Assembly: GCA_964035545.1 (NCBI GenBank)
Contig: OZ037773.1
Coordinates: 9,081,751-9,145,750 of the forward strand
Source of the DNA: Bugula neritina
Lineage: Eukaryota; Animalia; Bryozoa
Direction: 5' to 3'
Length of the DNA: 64,000 bases
Part shown: positions 56,101 through 64,000 of the stretch, in pieces
Layout: each line of letters starts with the position of its first letter
How positions within the stretch are numbered: position 1 is the stretch's first letter
Translations under genes and position numbers: made by a program
The notes under the pieces: generated by a model
What the model was told of the DNA's origin: nothing
The model's database searches: none
The model's input: only the letters and a program-made list of their open reading frames with translations

Positions 56101-59100
56101 TTAAAAAAATGTTTCTAGGCATTATCTACTAGAAAGCATAATAGCAGGAGCGCGGTTTATTTCATTATATTCTAATTTATAATAGCCTTATTGTTATAGC
56201 GATCGTGTAATATTATTGTACTGTGTTAACTATTTGTGACAAACATATTTTATAGAATTGCTTCACATTACAGTTTCTGCTGATTAATGAATTATGGTTA
56301 AAGAAAGTGAAATAACTTCGAGCTAATGAGTAAAATATGTAAAAGATGATACTTTTTTTATAAACAACATTTAAATGGTTTTAATTTTAGTTTCAACTTA
56401 TTTGTTCATATTGGAATTTAATTGATTTCATTATGTTCTGTAATAAATGTCACACTCATGTCACATAGCACCTGTCACATAACATCTGTCACATAACACC
56501 TGTCACATAACACCTGTCACATAACACCTGTCACATAACACCTGTCACATAGCACAAAGAGGATACACATGGAGTATTATAGCTGGAACATGCCCAAACT
56601 TTTGACTATCATTTGGGTTTGACATGTAAATTTCGTATTTGGTTCATTAAAAGGTAAAAATAAACATAAACAGCAAAAAAACTTGTTTATTTTTGGAAAT
56701 TGCATTACTATAATATGGTATGAAAAATTTATGCTCTAAGAATTTTGCTTTAATTATTAATGAACAAAATTTAGAATAAAACTTATTAAAAGAGATAAAA
56801 TATTAATTATAAACTATATCAAGTTTATGGTTTTAGCCGATCAAACTCGTTGTACATTGGAGAATGAATACGCTAACATTCGGCACTACTGGACCCCAAC
56901 AATATACGACAATAGAAATGCCGGAGTAGTGATGGTAAGCTGAAAGTTTTGACTTTAGTTATTTTTTGACATGCCACTTTTTACTAACACCTCTGTTAAG
57001 ATCTGTTACAGCTCTATAATTGAAAGAAAAAATATCTTTCTGCAAGTGATTTTGCATTATTAGTAAAAATGAAAGCGTGTAACTTTATTCTCTTTTTAAC
57101 CATCCTATTAATTGTTTTGTATATTGAAAGAATATAGTCCCTAATTAACTAAAAAATAATTATGTCTAAAATGAATCCATCAAGTAGCCTATATGCCTAA
57201 TCATTCTACATGCGTGGGGAGCTTTCCCTCACTATAATATTTTAATATAGACTGTTCAATAGGCACTTATTGCTTGATTCACAGTTTTATCTTAATTATA
57301 TGAAATATATATAGGCATATAGGCAATTACAAATTGATGTTTATTAAATACATTGTAACTATTGCATGATGGGATAGTTTTTATATTTGGCCAACTTACT
57401 TAACTGCATTATATAAGTAGCTTTGCTGAATAGTTGCCTTTGCATGCAGTAACCTTCTCTCTTAGCTCAAATAGCAGCTATAGTATAGCAGTACAAGCTA
57501 TTAGATATTTCAAATGCTTGTAGGGTAGAGCTTGTCATTAACCTATCATAGCAAGTTATAGTCACCGATCTACTAATACTATAGCCGCATTATATTCCAT
57601 GAGTTTTTATATTGTATTCTTCAAAGGAGGTTGCTATATTTCATTAATTTATAATACACCATAGCTGCAGAGTTTTTGAAAAACTTCCAATCTACTACTA
57701 TTATAAAAAAACTCACGCAAGTTTACAGTTGCTATATCACTGCGTGAGAAACCACCCATTGGAAAGAGTTTTTGCTAAAACAGGCTAAGGACTTATTTAA
57801 CTGAGACACAAGAGCAATTATGACTGGATGCTCTTCCTAACATCACCAATGGCCTTTGTCAGGGCTGAACCCATGACTTCGTGCTTACTAGGCAAGTGCT
57901 CTAACCCCTAGACCGCATCTGCTCCCTACTAGGACTATTATGTATCTGATGAATGACTTAGGAAAAACTCAAGGTTTTTAAACAGTACTGTACTTGTTTA
58001 GACTGCGACTTATCCAAAGAGTAGGAGTGATTCCGGGTTGAGAGTGATCATACATATGACAGTTGGAAGTATAGGTGACAGTCAGTACCATTGTCATCTC
58101 TGGTACCTCACCTTTAATGGTGTTCCTTGCTCACAGCCCTCCTCCATCCAAATGTCAGACGTGGCCATCAAAGCTGGCAAACACAATCAAGCAATGGATA
58201 GTAAGTTGGGAACAGTTAACACTTCTCTGTCCAATTATGCCCTTTTTATACAATCAAAGAGTCGGAGATTCAATAAGTCTATATAATATGTTATATAACT
58301 AAACGAGGAATATTGGCAGAAAAAGCTCAGTAGAAAAAAGAAGTATCTGATTAGGTAGCACCTATATAATATAGATGGAAACTTCATTTTTCTGTACTTT
58401 AAAATGCCTTTTCACAAAGTGAATTTGCCAGTATATTGATTAAAAACTGTCATTCTTTAGACTACTAATACTACAAAACATATGTAAGCAATAAGTGGAA
58501 ACTTTTAATATGCAATAAGTAAGTAATCTAAGAAGTAGTTTTGATACTTGTCTCCATATAAAAAAGCTTAACACATTCTATAAATAGTAACACATTCTAT
58601 AAATAGCAACATGTTCTATAAATAGTATCACATTCTTGAGATAGTGACACACCCTATAAATAGCAACATGCACATTCTATAAATAGCAACATGTAAGCAC
58701 CTCCTCTTCACACAGTGGACGGCACATGCTACGGTCTGAATGCAGGAGACATATTGGTGCAGCTGGTGGTGGAGTCCTGTGATAGGTACGGCTTTGGTTA
58801 CAGACAAACCGGCTGGAACTCTGCCAGAACCATGCTGATAATGGAGATGGTGCCACAGCAAAATTTTGAGGGTCAGTTACTTTCTTTACAGAGTTTGGCG
58901 TTTCTAATTCCTAATTCCTAACTCCTGATCTGTATCAGAATATTGACTTTTCTGGGAAATGAAGTTAAAGCTTATCATTTCTTGTAAATATAAATTTTTA
59001 AAATTATCTATTTCATGTTTATTTGGTCATTGACATTGCCTCAATTATTATCTCAAGCTTTATAATACTCAGTTCAATTTGATAAAAAGTTTCAAGCTAA

Positions 59101-62100
59101 AATTATTGAAATTGATTTTACTAACAATTGCAAGTTTATTAAAAGCATATATGCATATTGTAATTTAGCTGAAACTCGAAAATGTATTTTCAGAACCCCA
59201 GTTTAATAACTGCCCTCTTCTAAACTCATTCAACTATAACTACAAGACGTGGGATGAACACATTTTTGAAACTGTGGATCTTCATGCCGAGAGTATTCTG
59301 ATCAAGGTGCGTCACTTTGATGTGATGTCGTGTGTATAAAATGCATGAGAAAATATCTTTTCACCTAAACAGGAGTAAAAGCAAGAGCTGTCTACAATAA
59401 TAAAAAAATGAGAAAGCCACACTATTTAAACTAACCGGTTCACAGGTTCTGGTCAAAAAACAAAGCAGCAAAAATGAGTAGGATGCAGTATTGAAAAGTC
59501 TTATTAATTCAAAAGTTTACGATAAACATATTTGCTATTATAAAAAGAAATTCCAATTTCTTTCCTCTAATTAATAAAAAATTGTCTTTTGTAGGAAATG
59601 GAATATGCAAAGCTGTCAGATGACACAAGTCTACGAATAAAGTACAGCGCTTTAACCGCAGTTTTTATTCAGAACTCAGGATTCAGCCATTGCGCTACAT
59701 GGTATGTCTAAACTGTTTTCTATTTTAGTGACAACATTAAAGTAACAAAAGCTACACTGCCTTAGCTTAATGGTTATAAGAGAACTAGAATAGTTAGTGC
59801 TAGATAATGTGGCAAAGTCTCAGTAGGGTCATTACTAATGACATATAAATAGCTTATAGTGACAATTGCTCTTGTGTTTAAAGCAGATTGAAGCCCCTTT
59901 AACCATTTTAAGGTGAAAGGCACAGCTATTAGTTCTTTTAAAAATTTCTATTGTCATCCATTTGAATAACAAAATAAGCTAAAGTGACTTTATAGGAGAA
60001 CCAAATTATTTTAAAGTTAAGAAATAACTGTGGTTGACTATAATATATATAATTATATTATTAGAATAATATAATATATAACTATATATTAATATTTTGT
60101 TAGGGTTATTGTTAGAATTGTTTTTGAAGCTGCTTACAGATACAAGTAGAACTAATTGAATTGATTATTTGTCTTGCCACACTATTTGCAGTGTCTCAAT
60201 TTGTTTTGTCAATTAGATTTCTTGTTATATATACAAGTTGTAAACAGTTACATTTATGCATGGTTGCTTGTGCTAATGTATGCTAAATGTGTGGTGACTC
60301 TAAATATAAATAAGGTTCTTTTTGTGTCTTCATTAAGGTTTGTTGAAATAGACGGAAATAAGTGCAGCCCTACACTGGACTACGTGTTGCATGTCAACCC
60401 ACCCAACCACCAGACCTACTGGGAAGACCATGGGAGAGTGAGAACATGTGAGAATATATTTAATAGTAAAATTGAGTTTTTAATAGCAACACTGCAGTCA
60501 TATAAGTTTGTTAAATATATAAGTTTAGGTAAACCACATGTGTGCTTTTAACTTCATCTTATTTGATTAAAAATAAAAATTACAAATATTAAATAATGAA
60601 AAAAAAATTCACAATCAGAATATCAATTATATTATTAGTCAAGCAGCTACAATATATTTTAATTTTGACACAGATAACACCTTTTAAACTGATTTTAACT
60701 GAAGTATTACGAGTTTGTATGTTCATAAACACTTGAAGAGATATAGCTGTAGCGAAATAAGTTTATTCATTCACTACTATAGACCGTATATATAGCGTAA
60801 TACTTTTAGTTTAACTGCGCAAGTTATCCATGTACTCAGCATATATGTTACACAATATTGATGGTTCAAAACGCTTTTAATCAAGATCTTTTCACACAAT
60901 CACAAAGATTGAGTTTCATCAATATTTTTTTAAAAATCATCCTAAAAATCTAATAACAAACACAAAGCCTTACTAAAAGATTCGAAGCACTAAATTAATA
61001 TATTAACCTGTATGAAGCTAGTTTAATAGTTGACTGCTTAACTATACTTATACGCTACAATCCATACATACACTGTTTTATAATGTATATATTTCGTGAA
61101 TTTTACATCAAAAATAGCATCAAATAAATTAGATAAAAATATACTTAAGGGTATTTTACAAATTCAAAATAACATAATTCTATTGTAGAAATGTGCTTTT
61201 TTATAAATTGATTTGCTTATTTTGCTAGATAAGATCAAAACCTAAGCAGTGGTGGTTTAAAATATGCACAGAAATTTGAATTCTATATATAGCTTTTATG
61301 TTTATTACAATTTTGCTAATTAGCCGACAAAGATCTAAATTGTTATAATACTTGCCTGTAAATGCAATAGAGTACGTAAGATACAGATCCTAAAATGTAT
61401 AAGGAAATTTTGTCTCAATTTAGTGGAGGGTATATGTGACAACCCCTTATCAGCTGGAGAGCATGTGATAGCCCTGCGCATTGGCAGATGTGTGGATGAA
61501 TATGATCAGCCAACTCTTGTTGTCAGTGGAGGACTGAACACTTATTCACGTCTGCATGTAGAGGAAGTACGAAGAGGTCATGTGACTGACGCAGGTTCGT
61601 TATTTTTTGCAGTTGGCAGAAAATTATATATTTTTATACAGATTTTTGTCATCAAACCTTCCAAGAAATAGATGATTTACACAAACCAATTTCAAAGTTT
61701 TGGATAAAAATAGACAAAGAGCTGTAGTTATTACTCCATGTTATATTAATGAAGTTTAAACGCGGTTGATTTTTATAAAGTGTCAACATGCTTCTATGGC
61801 TATGTTAACTTCAGTTACTTAAAGTTTGACCTGATGACAACATGAGTAATAAACACTCTACGTATTATAAGGATGCCAGTAAGAGCTGATGCTGTTATAC
61901 TTAGCTGTGTCCTGCATGCTATATCAGTATAGGCTGTGTCTTTAACAATATTTTCAGTTAGTATATAATATATTTAGCTATACTATTGCAACTGGCACAA
62001 GTTGAATGCTATACATGAATAAACTCAAAATTTAGAGCATTGTTAGGCCTACTATTATCATTACTGTAAGCTTAGCATTTGACTTGCAGTGCTTTCAAGG

Positions 62101-63419
62101 AACAGAAAGATGTACAGAAACCTCGTAGGCAACCTGGAACGGATCCACTACTGGGGAGAGATCAAGGAGGATGACGAAGCAGATCTCTACTCTGTGACGT
62201 ACAAGAAACAGCTCTCTACAACCGGAGTTAGAGTGACCTCTAGTGGTGGACACCGTGTAAAGTTTAACTTCAACACTTCCGAGTGTAGCAGATGGTAAGT
62301 GATAAAGCAATAGGTGTACATAATAGATTTTATAAGTTTTATTAACCTAATGAGTGCCTGAATAAATTGTGCAAGATCAGCAAACTATAGTTTTTAATTT
62401 TATGAATTGTAGTTTGTCTGACGAGTGGCAAAAATAATCTTAAATTGTTTTAATATATTATTTATTCAACAAGACCTCTAAATCTTTTTAATTGGTTAAA
62501 AAGTAAATTTTTTGATTGCTTGTGCAGCAGTTTATTTTTAACACAAATTTAGTTATTTTACTTAAAGGTACTTTAAAATAGATGGTGCTGAATGTACAAA
62601 CCCGGGAGCTATAGAAGGGCTGTTCTATTACAACATGAATAGTGAGGTTTACTACCCCATGCAAGGTTTGATAACTCCAAGTTAGAAATTCTACAAATCG
62701 ACACCTTTATAACTTATATTTGCATAATTTCACTGATAATGAGCGTTAAAACTGAAATAATGTGTTTTCTATAGTTCAATGCAGTGTAAACCAGAAGTTT
62801 AGGTCTTAATTTCTTTTATAGTTTATAGTTATTTTATTTTTACTTTTTTTTAACTAAAGCAGAGTTAGTTAAATTTCAAATTTATTTATTAAATTTATTT
62901 ATAAAAGGAAAAATTTTGGCTTTCCAACTTTCCTAGTGAGTATTTTTAAATTCCAGCCAAAATTAGATGGAAATGCTTGTCATTAACCAATCACATCAAG
63001 TTTACTAGTCACTAATATATAATTAATACTATAAGCCTCACCATATTCTGATTAGTTTTAATATTGTAATTATCAAGAGGCAGCACGCAATTACACAGTT
63101 ACGTTGTTGATCTTAGTCTTACGAGAGGCATTTTTGTAATGCTGGATAACTAGAATGTGCATTAAATGTTTTATGTCTATAAATCACATTTGTTTGAAAA
63201 AATACAGTAGATTCTATTGTGACACAACTTTCAGTCAGTGGAGTTTGCCAAGGAGTATCAGCTGGAACTCATGCTATCACATACGCTGTTGGGGCGTGTC
63301 AAGACTACCCCAGTTCTGATGCTAGAACAGGATGGTCCTCATCTTTCAACATCTTCATAGAAGAGTTGAGAGTGGAATCTGTGACTACCTGCACTTCACT
63401 GCCAGCAAACTGTGACTAA
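53104..63419 (+). CDS. Secreted protein, paralogue B: signal peptide + PAN/Apple-like + Cys-rich module + 3x CTHRC1 C-terminal domain, ~625 aa, 14 exons
   Basis: Exons 53104-53164 (MILGLIILNLLCSSKANYTQ), 53782-53946, 54733-54851, 55572-55662, 56837-56934, 58002-58200, 58716-58871, 59194-59306, 59595-59701, 60338-60447, 61424-61594, 62090-62294, 62568-62665, 63235-63419 sum to 1878 nt, open. Intron phases equal paralogue A's and seven exons have identical lengths (91, 199, 113, 107, 110, 205, 98). The last domain, VGACQDYPSSDARTGWSSSFNIFIEEL, closely resembles the CTHRC1 C-terminus. Confidence 0.88.
55651..56093 (+). repeat. 23-bp minisatellite (~19 copies) containing the exon-4 splice donor of paralogue B
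   Basis: Unit CTGCATGTGTGG|GTAAGTGTAAT; the first unit overlaps the exon end at 55662. Confidence 0.95.
56460..56553. repeat. 14-bp tandem repeat (CACCTGTCACATAA)
   Basis: About 6 copies. Confidence 0.9.
57735..57926 (-). mobile_element. tRNA-derived SINE (intronic)
   Basis: Minus strand begins GGGAGCAGATGCGGTCTAGGGGTTAGAGC (A-box-like), then GGGTTCAGCCC (B-box-like), then TGTTAGGAAGAGCATCCAGTC, which resembles a conserved SINE central segment. The 3' end is approximate. Confidence 0.55.
58571..58693. repeat. ~19-bp tandem repeat (ACACATTCTATAAATAGCA) just upstream of an acceptor
   Basis: About 5 degenerate copies. Confidence 0.8.
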
Positions 63420-64000
63420 TCACCGTGACTAGTGACTGTGAATAATTACTGGAATATTATAGTGACCATGACTAGTGACTGGTCATTATTAAGTGTGACT
63501 ATTGACTGTGACTATTTACTGTGGATAATGACTGTGACTATAGTGACCACGATTAATGACTGGTCATTATTATAAATGTGACTATTGAGAGTGTTACTAT
63601 ATTAAGTGTGAATATAGTAATTATATATGGGTATTGCATATTTTGAGTGCCAGCAAACAAGACATATGATTTATTGGAATTTTTCAGCACAGTTTTATTT
63701 GAAGTTCATTCATATTAGGTGTTAATGTAATGCATATGAATAAATGTCAATATGTGTTTACAGCTATTATAATATATATAGCTATATAGCTATATGATAT
63801 CTGTTGTATTATTATAATAAAGTGATATGCTATAGTGTTGAATACTAGAAAATAAGCTTTTGGGTTTAGTTTAGAGCATACATGTTTAAATACATTACAA
63901 AAACACATAAAAACTCGTTTTTGAAGTTTGAGTTACAAAGGAAGGAAATAAAGTCTAGACAATTACAATCAAATATTGTATTAATGCTGCTAGCGTTATA

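Noticed and set aside
55467-56122. 150-208-aa His/Thr-rich minus-strand ORFs
   Set aside because: Antisense readings of the 23-bp minisatellite, open in all three frames.
57860-57926. Functional tRNA gene
   Set aside because: B box is degenerate and no complete cloverleaf is evident; better explained as a SINE head.

Overview
AT-rich, intron-containing animal (probably invertebrate) genomic DNA; no prokaryotic features. I reconstructed four spliced genes by hand with consistent GT-AG phases. (1) A minus-strand Ig-superfamily receptor with a signal peptide and at least 4 Ig domains (DCC/neogenin/protogenin-like), running off the left edge. (2) A divergently oriented SAC3D1-like gene (8 exons, ~306 aa). 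(3,4) Two tandem 14-exon paralogues (~642 and ~625 aa) encoding secreted proteins with a PAN/Apple-like domain, a Cys-rich module and three tandem CTHRC1 C-terminal domains, but no collagen helix. Between the paralogues, in a split (TA)n tract, are a perfect 102-bp-arm palindrome carrying a minimal Penelope-type hammerhead ribozyme motif on each strand, and a ~15.8-kb TIR-bounded element. That element contains a nested CACAG-ended 3.7-kb element, a 2.4-kb foldback and a 3.7-kb higher-order minisatellite. Introns are rich in mini- and microsatellites, two of which multiply real splice sites. Most ORF-track entries are repeat-derived artefacts. Family assignments are from remembered motifs, not database searches.
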